Below, piece after piece: positions 1-11,514 of a stretch of 45,594 nt of DNA. Origin of the DNA: Nemertoderma westbladi (Eukaryota; Animalia; Xenacoelomorpha); NCBI GenBank assembly GCA_032718475.1, contig JAUCBJ010005622.1, positions 1 through 45,594 on the forward strand. The letters run 5' to 3'. The translations under genes were made by a program, and so were the position numbers. Numbering within the stretch: the stretch's first letter is position 1; each line of letters starts with the position of its first letter. The notes under the pieces are model-generated. The model was not told the DNA's origin. It made no database searches and saw only the letters and a list, made by a program, of their open reading frames with translations.

Positions 1-344
1 ACAAGTCTTAGTTCTGTTTAAATAGATAAAGCGCCACGTCCTAAAGGAACTGTTAATATTTCCCGAAAGCCAATAATATCTGTCAGAGATTAATTATTAA
101 CGATCTATCGAATAATACATTAGGTATACACTGCAACCTTACACTGTAATAATACAATTCAAGCATCCGAATTCAGTCTCCCGGGTGTAGATCCATCGGG
201 TGAATGATCGCGCATGGGCTGACTTCGGCTAATGTTTTGCGTATTAGCATAAATTATTGTCGTATGCTAAAGTGGTTTTAATTAACGAAAAGACATATAA
301 ATTTTGGCAGGTTAAACTGCTAAAGGTCTTCGAAAGCGCGAACA
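1..344 (+). mobile_element. 3' part of an LTR of the same family as the BEL/Pao LTRs at 25401 and 36835 (diverged copy, cut by window edge)
   Basis: Reverse complement aligns by eye to 25401-25700 (AAAGCGCCACGTCCTAAAGGAACTGTTAATATTTCCC; GCAGGTTAAACTGCTAAAGGTC) and ends at the same terminus GCGCGAACA. Confidence 0.85.
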
Positions 345-989
345 ATATTTTAGACCTAAATAATAACAGACTGCAGTTACTGTACGTCGTAATTCAGGGA
401 CATGGATCCCCCAAATGTTTCTAGAAATATTATTGAGTTGAGATTACATGAAATCTCCTACTTGGGTGAGCCAGAATTTGTATTTTTGCTTTCTTTCTTT
501 AGCTACATGTACAAGCATTGGAATAATGTGGCTGCGTCGATATTGTTTACCGGTAGTTTTTAGATATTGTATAGTTACACCGCCGTTATTCTTCACTCTT
601 ATCGTGTTTTGTTGGCCCTAATGGAGAGCTCGCCATGTAAGGACTAATGGTTTTGCATCAGCATGAGGCTATTTTATTACAGTAAATATATACACAATGT
701 TCTGGGACATTAAATTTATGTATCAATAGCTACTCAATATAGATATTGCATACAGTTGTTGCACAGCTACTCACGAGATAAATACCAATAATTATATTTA
801 ACAATAGATTATTGTAAATCATGTACAATTTAGAAATATATATGTACATTAAATATCAGTTTGTATAATATGTCATTCAGTTTATTTTCTGTCACCTGTC
901 AACTAACAGTTGAATCCAAATTCCTGCACTATAGATGATCGCGACTTTCCCAACCCTTTCTTCTGCTCTTTCACTCTCTGCTATTCTAT

Positions 990-1465
990 TCCTACTGCAT
1001 CACCCCGGAGGTGACCGAAATGCACCAAGAACGGCGCCCAAACACCACTGCTGTCTGATCCCGACCCGCTTAGAGATCATCAAGGAGTCAACGAGGTTCC
1101 AGTTGAAGGCTGTGCAGGAGTGCACCTCACACACCATCGGTGGAACACACGAGTTGGGGTAGTGCATCCTGCGGGATTCGCATGAGAAGTGGCATATGAA
1201 TGAGATTTCGCATAAGAAATGGCGTTGAAACGTCAAAAGACGCCACAATCGGGTTCTCCCAAACATCCCTAGTGACCAGACCTGACACCCTCCACTGCTC
1301 ACCCTCGAGAGTCTAGTTCAGGTGACCTCCGGACAAGGTGACCTCTCATTCAACATGTGTTGCACCAAAATCCTCTGCTAGGGGGTCACCAAATACGTCC
1401 CGGATATCATTGTGTCGGCGAATAAAATGTCCCACAGACTTGAAACTAAGAGCATGTAATTTCAA
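990..1465 (-). mobile_element. Degenerate C-terminal Zn-knuckle/REL endonuclease region of a CRE-like non-LTR retrotransposon
   Basis: Manual translation gives HALSFKSVGHFIRRHNDIRDVFGD...RDVWENPIVASFDVS...LVCSTDGV*G, matching the HALSC..RHN.IRD, GVW..A.FDV and PLV.S.DG motifs of CRE-clade REL domains. Stops and frameshifts are present. Confidence 0.7.
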
Positions 1466-1747
1466 AAGTGAAGCGCATAATTTATATACATTTTATTGGG
1501 GTATTAGTAAGTAGAAAGACTTATTAGTTCATATCCGTTATTAATATTATTATTATTATTGTGAAACTTTTTAGTTTAAAACGATCAAATAATGGAGCAA
1601 AGTAGTTAGTAAAATATGCATAATTAATAAAAATTGTTAATAAAAATTGTTTTCATTTCTTGTGGGACTCTTGTGGGGCGAGCCACGAAGTTGGCGGAGC
1701 CTTAGCGAATTGACACTGTTAGGGGGTGGGTCAATTTATGCAAATAG

Positions 1748-1815
1748 TTGTCGTCGTCGTCGTCGTCGTCGTTGTCGTCGTCGTCGTTGTCGTCGTCGTC
1801 GTTGTCGTCGTCGTT
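1748..1815 (+). repeat. (GTC)n/(GTT) microsatellite within the HINE
   Basis: Directly visible. Confidence 0.95.
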
Positions 1816-1924
1816 ACGATTTTGACATGCTAATAACTTTGTCGGATTTAAAGCTGCCAAGTTGAAAATTTGTAGGTATCAATATAAGCAAAAGTTGAGA
1901 TTTTTGAGGGACTTTCAGACACCA

Positions 1925-2890
1925 TCAGTGCAATGGTCTCCCGCTAGAGGGCCACATGTCTAAACATTAAATGGCCACCCATTTCTTTGCTTTTAATCCG
2001 TTTAAGCTGAAACTTGGGAAGTATGTACTAGACCATTAGCTGTAAATTTCAAAGGAGGCTAATCTGTCTGCAGTTCTCCAGTCTGCCGCTAGAGGGCGAA
2101 ATGTCCCGAATGTGAAATTATTCTTCCATTTAGTTGTTTATGATCTGATTACGCTGAAACTTGTCATATATGTACTAGATGACATCCTGAGTCTTTGTGT
2201 GGATTGTAATCGGTCCGAAGTTTTCCAGTCTCCCGCTAGAGGGCCACATGTCTAAACATTAAATGGCCACCCATTTCTTTGCTTTTAATCCGTTTAAGCT
2301 GAAACTTGGGAAGTATGTACTAGACCATTAGCTGTAAATTTCAAAGGAGGCTAATCTGTCTGCAGTTCTCCAGTCTGCCGCTAGAGGGCGAAATGTCCCG
2401 AATGTGAAATTATTCTTCCATTTAGTTGTTTATGATCTGATTACGCTGAAACTTGTCATATATGTACTAGAAGACATCCTAAGTCTTTGTGTGGACAGTA
2501 ATCGGTCCGGAGTTTTCGAGTCTGCCGCTAGAGGGCGAAATGTAGGAAAGTGATAACCTTTGCGAATTCCTTGATCTTAATCTATTTAAGCTGAATTTTG
2601 GAATATACAGTACCGGTATGTACTAGACCACATGCCTCGTCTTTGTGAGGAAGGTGATCGATCCGTAGTTCTTTAATATGCCGCTAGAGGGCTAAATGTA
2701 TGAAAGTGAAAACCTTCCAACATTTCGTTATTTATGATCCGTCAATCGGAAACTTGGTAGATATGTAATAGACCATAGGCTGTGGCTTTGTAGGGAAACT
2801 AATCCTTCCTTCTTCAGTTACCCAGTCTCCCGCTAGAGGGTTAACGTTTTCCGGGAAAATCTTCTCCTATGTTTTTATAATCCTTTCGAG
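1925..2890 (+). repeat. ~146-bp tandem repeat (about 7 units, with a 292-bp dimer higher-order repeat)
   Basis: CCGCTAGAGGG recurs at 1941, 2086, 2233, 2378, 2525, 2681 and 2830. 1937-2228 is nearly identical to 2229-2520. Confidence 0.9.
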
Positions 2891-3144
2891 TTGATACTTA
2901 GCATTAACTCATTTCACGTGCTGCGCGAAGGCCCCACTTCGTGTTGTTCGGTTATACGGCTATCAAGGCGTTATATTTGTTTTGGGTCTCGAAGTGCATA
3001 TATTGATTAACACCGTAACAATCTAAAGATTTGGTTGTTAGAGCCCAGCATGACCTCACACAAGTGAGTACTAGTTCTAATGCTTCTCTATTATTATTGA
3101 ACCTTTATGATTCGTATTTAATTCCATGTGAGTTGCACATTAAA

Positions 3145-4548
3145 TTAATGTTGATGTTTAATTCTTACTCCGTGTTTCTCAGCCATAACAAAGGCTATGG
3201 TAAAGGTAGCGAGTATAATTAATGAAACACAAGTGATTACAAAAACAAAAGCCACTGGTGAGTAAGTTTCAAACAAGTAACCGGTCACCCATTGAAGCAC
3301 CATTGCTCCAGTAGACGCACCACAAAGAACAAATATAAATCCGAAACTCGACATCTCTATGTAATAATCAATCCAACCCATGAAATGCGGTGACATAGGA
3401 CCTTTCGACGCCGCAAATAGACAGTTCAACACCAAAAACGCAGCAGCATTGTGGCGAGCAATGATGAGGCCAACAGAACTAGCCAATAATACTGAGGAAG
3501 TTGTAAAAATCAAAGCGTAATCCGGAACCCAAAAACTAAGTATGAAAACTGCGAATCTTGATATCGTGAAAGCTATCCAATAAGCGGTTATCGCTAGAGA
3601 AGCTAAACCTTCGTCAAAATGGAGACTACTGGTTTCAACGAAAGTAAATATATATTTACCGTAAACTTGTTCCCCTCCATATACCGCCATGTAATAAATG
3701 AACATTATAATAAACATTACTAAACGAAACGTTGAGTCCCTTTTCGTTAAGTTTTTGGGGTTAATTACGTTTATAAAGCTAGTTTGTTGTTGAGAGGAAG
3801 GTTGGTACACATCTGGTGTTTTAACGAAATGAAATACAACAAAAATTAGCGAGATTAGGATACAGATGACACCGATGATAGTGTAGGGAACATTTATACC
3901 CCAGGGAACGTCGTAATTTTCGTTTAATTTAGTAGATCCATTTAAAGATATGACTATACTTGCGTTCGCAGGTCCCTCAGGATTATTTAAATAATTAACT
4001 TGTTTAATGAAAGGTCTTGCTAGACCTACCGCCATCAACGAACCGAGCCCGTAACCTGTATGTAGCAAAGACATTATTCCAGCTGAGTGACTAACCCACA
4101 TACCCAAAACTGAAGGAGACATACCGGTGTGAATTAAAGTGTCTAAATATCCTTGAACGAAAAATAAAGCGATAAATATGGACAATTTTGAAACCCGCGG
4201 TATGCATATAACTGTTAGACCGGCTGTCGCCAGAGCAACAGCTGTACCGAGATCACGAAACTTAGTAAAACGGTCGAACACCAGTCCACCCGTTATGGAT
4301 CCAGCGAACATCCCCATAGCCCGAACGCTAAGCGCACCTCCTATTTCTTCGTAATTCGCGTTGACCCCCCCTTGGAGGTCTGGCAGTGTCGGTGCCACTA
4401 TCTCTACGAACAGACCGAAACACACGAACACAAGACATGCAGACAACGTCTTTAATATCCGGTATCTTGTCTCCCTTTTAATTTTTGGGATTTTATTATT
4501 TTCATCAATTTCTCTTTCAGTAGATATAGTTTTGTCACCGCAAATCAT
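3145..4548 (-). CDS. MFS transporter, MFSD4/sodium-dependent glucose transporter 1 (NAGLT1)-like, intronless, copy 1 (467 aa)
   Basis: Multi-TM ORF with APTLPDL, GGLVFDRF and LHTGYGLGSLM motifs and Y.G.E..YG in the C-terminal half. First in-frame ATG (AAAATG context) is at 4548. Confidence 0.85.
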   Translation of the reverse strand: MICGDKTISTEREIDENNKIPKIKRETRYRILKTLSACLVFVCFGLFVEIVAPTLPDLQGGVNANYEEIGGALSVRAMGMFAGSITGGLVFDRFTKFRDLGTAVALATAGLTVICIPRVSKLSIFIALFFVQGYLDTLIHTGMSPSVLGMWVSHSAGIMSLLHTGYGLGSLMAVGLARPFIKQVNYLNNPEGPANASIVISLNGSTKLNENYDVPWGINVPYTIIGVICILISLIFVVFHFVKTPDVYQPSSQQQTSFINVINPKNLTKRDSTFRLVMFIIMFIYYMAVYGGEQVYGKYIFTFVETSSLHFDEGLASLAITAYWIAFTISRFAVFILSFWVPDYALIFTTSSVLLASSVGLIIARHNAAAFLVLNCLFAASKGPMSPHFMGWIDYYIEMSSFGFIFVLCGASTGAMVLQWVTGYLFETYSPVAFVFVITCVSLIILATFTIAFVMAEKHGVRIKHQH

Positions 4549-4678
4549 TTTGTAATATGTAACAGTAAAAAATAGATACAATAAACAGTTTGTGGAACTT
4601 TGAGGAAGAACAAGCAAAATTCCATAAAAACCTACCAATCTCTCTACCAAAATATGGGAGTTCAGACTTGATCAACAT

Positions 4679-6500
4679 ACTACTACTAGGATCGGCATGC
4701 TGCATTGCAGCTGCATTTTTAAGAATGCTATGCCGGCTTATCGACAAAATTGCACCGCCACAACTCCCTATCACCCATGACATTTGCTAGATCATCCGCA
4801 TCTTCAAGGCCAGTGTTCTTTAAGATGCGTCTCAAGAAAGTCATGGGCTGTCCACCATGCTTATTCACTCCATGAGGCTGCCAAAGTACAAGATTATGCA
4901 CTGGCTGTTCCTCTCGGCGAAAGCAATGTCCTGCAAAGTGGAGGCGATTTTGTTTTAGTGTCAAGCTTGGGGGAACCAATGAGACACCTCCAATGTTATA
5001 TAGTGTCTGGTTGGAGATGTGTGCATTGTACTTGACACAATGAACCCGGCGTAGCATTCTGTGAATGTGCCATCCAGAGATTTGGTGTCCTCAGCAGTTA
5101 GAGCCCAGCATGGACTCCCATAGAGGAGTACTGGAACTACTGCTGCTCTAAATAATCGGACCTTAAGTTTCCGATTAATTCTCGGTGACTTCCAAATCCT
5201 GGAAAGCCTATTCAAGGCTGCCCATGCCTTTCCCTTACGTATTCGAAGGTCCTCACCTGACTTCCGGACCCATGATCCCAGGTAACAGAAGTCATCCACA
5301 TGCTCAAGCATACCATCTTTTGAGCTTATGCTCATCCGATCAGAGACTTGCTGAGGACTTTCAAAGTTAACTGTCACAATTTTGGTCTTTCTGGAGTTAA
5401 TAAAAAGACCAACACTAGAAGCAGCATATTCTAATGAGCAGAGAAGCCGTTGGGCTCCCTCTAGTGATTCTGAGAGTACTCCTAAGTCATCAGCAAAGTC
5501 TAGATCAGTTAGGTACTTGGCAGGATTTCCTCGACTTCTGGAGCCAGTAGGTGGAGTTATCATCACCCCATCATCATTATGATGATCTAAGGACATGCGT
5601 AGAACATAGTCAACCACAATAATGAACAAGAATGGTGCAAGTGTGTCTCCTTGGAGGACGCCCCATAACACTTCAAATGGTTCTGTGTCACCGTCAACAG
5701 TAGACACAAATGTTGTCGAACCATCGTATACTGATCTGATTGCTGCAATAATTTCATCAGGAATCCCATATAATGAAAGTATGCTGAACATACGTGAGCG
5801 AGAGACTGAATCAAAGGCCTTGAAGAAGTCAACAAAGATAACAGCCAGATGCCTGTCTTTCTTTTTTGATAACTCTTCAATTATCCTTCTAAGTGCCAAA
5901 ATGGGCTCCATGGTCCCACGACCTTTACGGAACCCATTCTGATTTCCACGGAGCAGTCTCTCAATGGGATCCCTGATGCGATTTAATAGAATTCTATTGT
6001 ATAGCTTTGCAGCAATCGAGATCAATGAGATTCCCCGAATTCCCCTCTGATAGAGTGTTAGGTTGCCCTTCTTGGGAACTGGCACCAACTTATTTGTTTT
6101 CATTTCTTGTGGGACTCTTGTTGTTCGGTACATGTCTACTATGATGGGATAGATGAGCTTTAAACACTCAGGTATTTTAAAGACCTCAGGGGGAACACCA
6201 TCTACTCCACTGGCACGATTGGTCTTCATGCTCTTTGCAGCAGCCTTCACTTCTGCAAAGGAGATATCACCAATTTGGGAGTACAGACTCAGACACTTTT
6301 ACTTCTATAAAGTTATCTGGCAATACCCTGTCATTATTGAGGAGCTTTTCAAAGTGGGCCTTCCAACCATTATTGAGGCGATCGGCTGGTGATTCAGCCT
6401 TTACCTTGGTGGTTGGTTGGCTTTTTCGACCAGCAAGCAAGTTGATCGATCTCCATGCCTGGGATGATTGCCTGCTGTCGTGATCAACATCATCCATCTC
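4679..6500 (-). mobile_element. 5'-truncated RTE-clade LINE (reverse transcriptase, frameshifted)
   Basis: ORF 4961-6250 has PKKG..YQRGIRGISL, NQNGFR, FVDFFKAFDSV, GVLQGD..AP.LF, DLDFADD and YLGS. C-terminus continues in ORF 4728-5057. (TAG)n 3' tail at ~4679-4689. TGATCAACAT occurs at 4669-4678 and 6481-6490 (possible TSD). Confidence 0.92.
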
Positions 6501-7125
6501 AGTGGTTTAGCTGATTTCAATAAATGAATGAATAAAATGATAAACACCTATATAACAAAGTAATAAATAAGCACTGTGATTGTGGGGGGTATTATATTAC
6601 TGTATAATAGACTTAATTTGTTAAAATTAAATAAATGGCATTGGAGGGCTGTGCTAAACAAAACAACAAATGACTTTCGAAAACCACAAGCTCATTTTTG
6701 CTCCCAAGTATAATGTTATATCCAAATCAACAAAATAAATTATTATCAAAATAACTCTCAATAATTTATTTTAGAAATCATAGTTAGCAATGCCACATTT
6801 TCATTATTTCTTGGAAATACAAATAATTAAATTTATGATTTTCATGTTTAGATATATATTTTTCTGGTTAATACTGGAAAAATATATTAATATTTATTTA
6901 TTTATTACATGTATAAATGACAAAGTCGTTAAATCGAAGCTCCTGTGAGCCAACATGTGGTTATTATTTATGTATTGCATTAAATTAATTATAGCCACAG
7001 ATTATTAATAATTGTAATTATTCAATTTTGTTTGATTCAATCTTATTTCATTTGAGATCTGAAAGCCCGGTGGAATATATTAATTATCTTGCATGTTTTA
7101 ATTATTCACAGCAGTTTAGTTGAAG

Positions 7126-7304
7126 TTAGAAGCACTTCCTGTGCGCAATGGCTGGGTCAGATTCATCGTATTCTTGTTTGCTAATCCACATCAGTTGGAA
7201 GGTGGAGAGAGAAGCGAGGATGGAACCACCGATCCATACGGAATACTTCCTCTCTGGAGGGGCAATGATCTTGGTCTTCATTGTGGGCGGGCCAGTGCTG
7301 TGAT
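7126..7304 (-). pseudogene. Actin C-terminal fragment (copy 1), followed by 3' UTR-like sequence to ~6540
   Basis: Translates to [58 protein letters not shown], with a frameshift. Confidence 0.92.
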
Positions 7305-7500
7305 AATAATAGCATCAACCTGCTTATTGATAAACTCCTTCAGATTTTCGGAATACTGCCTGTTAAGGGTAAGGGACCTAGATGCAGCCAACTGCATCGC
7401 ATCCATGGCTGTCCTTGTGTGCCTGAGTCGCCGAGTCAGTGGGATCAATTCTGCACCTTAGTAAGGTCATTTCGGCACTTTGGAATGAAATATACTTTTC
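7305..7500 (-). mobile_element. Probable RTE LINE fragment (linker upstream of RT) fused to the actin fragment
   Basis: Translates to ...[30 protein letters not shown], resembling the linker that precedes AWRSINLLAGRK. A related copy lies at ~25320-25400. Confidence 0.5.
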
Positions 7501-7679
7501 ATGCCCTATATTTTTTACTCATTTGCCCTATATTTATGTTGGCCTAACAGTAACACGGTACAATGTACAACCTAATGTAGTACCTGTGTCCTAGGCGAGT
7601 CCCCCCCCCCCCCCCCCCCCCCCCTATAGACTTACAGTATAATAATGTTGTAGTAGAAATGCCTTTGCGTTCCGTACAG

Positions 7680-7994
7680 GGTAATGTAGCGTTAGGTCCC
7701 GAACGGCCGTAGCTTTAGGTCCTGGCACATTAGGTCCTGTAGCATATATATCTGACTATTCTATTTACTGATTCTAAAATATTCCTAACTAGCGTTTATT
7801 GTTTTGGTTCCTTTCAACTCGCCTCTATAACCTACTCCTTTACTAACCTGCCTGGTTTTGGAGGCAGACTGCTATTAGGACCTAACGCCACGGACAATGC
7901 TACCAGTACCTAATATGCCACGGACCTAAAAGCTACAGTAGGCCTACCATCAGGACCTAAAGCACCGAGACGCGAGACCTAAGGCACCATAACC
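7680..7994. mobile_element. MITE with GG...CC termini and 8-bp TSD (Merlin- or MULE-like)
   Basis: TSD CCGTACAG at 7672-7679 and 7995-8002; imperfect TIRs with repeated TTAGGTCC/GGACCTAA. Confidence 0.8.
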
Positions 7995-8229
7995 CCGTAC
8001 AGCACTTTAACTTAGATTTATCTAAGGCACGTATTAGCAACCAATGAGACTTTGATGGAGCACAATGGTGATACAAGGCATAGTAGTAAAATAATGCTAG
8101 GCAACGCTATAAACACATTGATAACTCTGTGGTTAGGGATTGGGTATAAAATAGACAACTTGTGTATGAAATATGGCACATGTTAATAATCGAAATGGTT
8201 CTTTAAAATGATGAATTTAAGATTCCAAT

Positions 8230-8440
8230 AAGAAGTTGCCGCGTGCATCAAAAGCGTCACTGTAGGCGTGTTACATTGTATAGGAACAAGTTGAAGATCT
8301 TTGCAGTGTATTTAACACAATGAAACCGGCTTACCATTATTGTGTATGTGGCATCCGAAGATTTGTTTCCTTCAGCCTAGCATGGCCTCTAAAATGTGAG
8401 TACGTTGGTTCTAATGCTACTACAACTAATAGGTCGAGCG
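8230..8440 (-). mobile_element. Degenerate RTE remnant downstream of MFS copy 2 (shorter equivalent at ~3020-3085)
   Basis: Similar by eye to 4990-5160 (ACACAATGAAACCGGC; CATCC..AGATTTG; CCTAGCATGG). Confidence 0.55.
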
Positions 8441-8509
8441 AGCTCGGCTTCTCTATTATTGTTGAACCTTTACGATTCCTGTGTATTTATATGTGACTTT
8501 CACATTAAA

Positions 8510-9913
8510 TTAATGTTGATGTTTAATTCTTACTCCGTGTTTCACAGCCATAACAAAGGCTATGGTAAAGGTAGCGAGTATAATTAATGATATGCAAGGA
8601 ATTACATAAACCAAAGTCACCGTTGAGTAAGTTTCAAACAAGTAACCTGTCACCCATTGAAGCACCATTGCTCCAGTAGACGCACCACAAAGGACGAATA
8701 TAAATCCGAAACTCGACATCTCTATGTAATAATCAATCCAACCCATGAAATGCGGTGACAGAGGACCTATAGATGCAGCATATAGACAGTTCAACACCAA
8801 AAACGCACCGGCATTGTGGCGAGCAATGATGAGGCCAACAGAACTAGCCAATAATACTGAGGAAGTTGTAAAAATCAAAGCGTAATCCGGAACCCAAAAA
8901 CTAAGTATAAATACTGCGAATCTTGATATCGTGAAAGCTATCCAATAGCCGGCCATTGCTAGAGAAGCTAAACCTTCGTCAAAATGGAGGCCACTGGTTT
9001 CAACGAAAGTAAATATATATTTACCGTAAACTTGTTCCCCTCCATATACCGCCATGTAATAAATGAACATTATAATAAACATTACTAAACGAAATGTTGA
9101 GTCCCTTTTCGTTAAGTTGTTGGGTTTAATTACGTTTATAAAGCTAGTTTGTTGTTGAGAGGAAGGTTGGTACACATCTGGTGTTTTTACGAAATGAAAT
9201 ACAACAAAAATTTGCGAGATTAGGATACAGATGACACCGATGATAGTGTAGGGAACATTTATACCCCAGGGAACATCGTAATTTTCGTTTAATTTAGTAG
9301 ATCCATTTAAAGATATGACTATACTTGCGTTCGCAGGTCTCTCAGGATTATTTAAATAATTAACTTGTTTAATGAAAGGTCTTGCTAGACCTACCGACAT
9401 CAACGAACCGAGCCCGTAACCTGTATGTAGCAAAGACATTATTCCAGCTGAGTGACTAACCCACATACCCAATACTGAAGGACACATACCGGTGTGAAAT
9501 ACAGTGTCCGAATATCCTTGAACGAAAAATAAAGCGTTAAATTCAGACAATTTTGAAACCCGCGGTATGCATATAACAGTTAGACCGGCTGTCGCCAGAG
9601 CAACAGCTGTACCGAGATCACGAAACTTAGTAAAACGGTCGAACACCAGTCCACCCGTTATGGATCCAGCGAACATCCCCATAGCCCGAACGCTAAGCGA
9701 ACCTCCTATTTCTTCGTAGTTCGCGTTGACCCCCCCTTGGAGGTCTGGCAGTGTCGGTGCCACTATCTCTACGTACAGACCGAAACACAAGAACACAAGA
9801 CATGCAGACAACGTCTTTAATATCCGGTATCTTGTCTCCCTCTTAATTTTTGGGATTTTATTATTTTCATCAATTTCTCTTTCAGTAGATATTGTTTTGT
9901 CACCGCAAATCAT
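8510..9913 (-). CDS. MFS transporter, MFSD4/NAGLT1-like, intronless, copy 2 (467 aa)
   Basis: Same length as copy 1, intact frame, about 29 amino-acid differences by manual count. Confidence 0.85.
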   Translation of the reverse strand: MICGDKTISTEREIDENNKIPKIKRETRYRILKTLSACLVFLCFGLYVEIVAPTLPDLQGGVNANYEEIGGSLSVRAMGMFAGSITGGLVFDRFTKFRDLGTAVALATAGLTVICIPRVSKLSEFNALFFVQGYSDTVFHTGMCPSVLGMWVSHSAGIMSLLHTGYGLGSLMSVGLARPFIKQVNYLNNPERPANASIVISLNGSTKLNENYDVPWGINVPYTIIGVICILISQIFVVFHFVKTPDVYQPSSQQQTSFINVIKPNNLTKRDSTFRLVMFIIMFIYYMAVYGGEQVYGKYIFTFVETSGLHFDEGLASLAMAGYWIAFTISRFAVFILSFWVPDYALIFTTSSVLLASSVGLIIARHNAGAFLVLNCLYAASIGPLSPHFMGWIDYYIEMSSFGFIFVLCGASTGAMVLQWVTGYLFETYSTVTLVYVIPCISLIILATFTIAFVMAVKHGVRIKHQH

Positions 9914-10059
9914 TTTGTAATATGTAACAGTAAAAAATAGATACAATAAACAGTTTGTGGAACTTTGAGGAAGAACAAACAAAATTCCACAAAAATCGAC
10001 CAAAATATGGGAGTTCGCGCTTGGTCAACGTCAAATATTATGATAAACACCTGTATAAC

Positions 10060-10910
10060 ACGTTCGCGTGAGGTCTTCTTGCAGCACGTGGCTCAGTTAT
10101 GTGATACAAATTATATATTTTAGGCGTGGTGGTGACCAATTTTTTGTAAGAAACATTAAAACTTGCCTTATGCCGATAGTATTGATACTGAAATATTAAT
10201 TAACCACGTCAACAACCCAACGAAATTGTTTAGCTAATTATCTACCAATCCTCTATTATTCTACGAATCTACGAAATCTTATAATGAATCACGATTAAAT
10301 ACTCAGCCAATCATTTTGGGAGATAAACAATAAGCAAGCTGTCTTATTAGCCTGGCTCATATAGATGTTATTACTCTTTGCTCTAGTAGGCTAAAGTGGG
10401 TTTGACTGGTTCCCAGCTACAGTAAGCAATAGCAATATTATAAGTTATAATATAAGGTAATTAGGCCATATTACTGTACAAGTTAATTACGTTTAGTTCA
10501 ATTAAAAACATATCTCATAAAGTAAATCATTTGAACTAATTAAAAACTATAATGGAAGGGGGGTATGGGGATTACAGCTGTATAACTTTTTAAGTATTTA
10601 TTTAAATCAAATACTAGAAAATAATCAATGTCCATTAAAGTGCTGGCAGAAAATTGCTGTTTTCTTACCGTAATCAACTTTATTAACTACTTAGCTTCTC
10701 GAAGGCCACACGCAAATTCAACGTGAAAAATTTCTAAATTTTCTTTTTTAAATTTGGTTAGATTTTGTCGAGATTTGGCCGAGTTATTAACTTTTAAAAT
10801 TGGATATAGCAGAACAACAGAATAATAGATCAACAGAATAACAGAACAACAGACACACCGATTGAGTTTACCCGTATGCTAAGCTCGCTTACTTTCGTGG
10901 CTCGCCCCAC
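10060..10910 (-). mobile_element. Second HINE-like element, inserted only in duplicate copy 2
   Basis: On - it begins GTGGGGCGAGCCACGAA like 1673, has a TCTGTT-type microsatellite and an ATAACTCGGCC...AACCAAATTT block. Its other end resembles 2915-2945. The empty site is seen at ~6540-6575. Confidence 0.75.
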
Positions 10911-11514
10911 ACAGTAATAAGCATTGTGATTGTGGGGAGTATTATATTACAGTATAATAGACTTTTTGTTAAAATTTAATAATTGGCATTGGAGGGCTGT
11001 GCTAATCAAAACAGTAAATGAATTTCGAAAACCACAAGCTCATTTTTGCTCCCAAGTATAACGTATCAACAAAATAAATTATTATCAAAATAACTCTCAA
11101 TAATATATTTTAGAAATCATAGTTAGCAATGCCACATTTTCAATATTTCTTGGAAATAGAAATATTAATTCCGTTTATGATTTTCGAGTATCAATGTATC
11201 TGATATAATTCTAAATATTAAATCAAATGGTAGATGGTAGATGCGTAGATGTATATTATTTGTCTGGCTAATAATGTAAAAATTATTAATATTTATTTAT
11301 CTATTACATGTATAACAACAACGTATTGAAATCAAAGCTCCTGTAAGCCAACATGTGTTTATTATTTATGTATTGCATTAAATTAATTATAGCCACAGAT
11401 TGATAACAATTGTAATTACTCAATTTTGTTAAGTAGACTTATTTCGTTTGAGATCTGTAATATATTAATTACTGTTGCATGTTTTAATTATTAACAGTTG
11501 TTTTGTTTATGTTC

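Larger units (their letters stand above)
1673..2942 (+). mobile_element. Non-autonomous Helentron-associated element (HINE/DINE-1-like) with internal tandem array
   Basis: 5' GTGGGGC and 3' subterminal GCCCCAC; (GTC)n microsatellite near the 5' end; no TSD. The flanks rejoin to the RTE sequence GGGACTCTT|GTTGTTCGGT seen intact at 6111-6129. Termini are shared with 10060-10910. Confidence 0.75.

Noticed and set aside
1647-1865. Poly-Arg/Cys protamine-like ORF
   Set aside because: It is a translation of the HINE (GTC)n microsatellite.
4549-4650. 34-aa N-terminal extension of the MFS ORF (30 aa in copy 2)
   Set aside because: Relies on non-ATG starts and differs by an indel between copies; the shared ATG is preferred.
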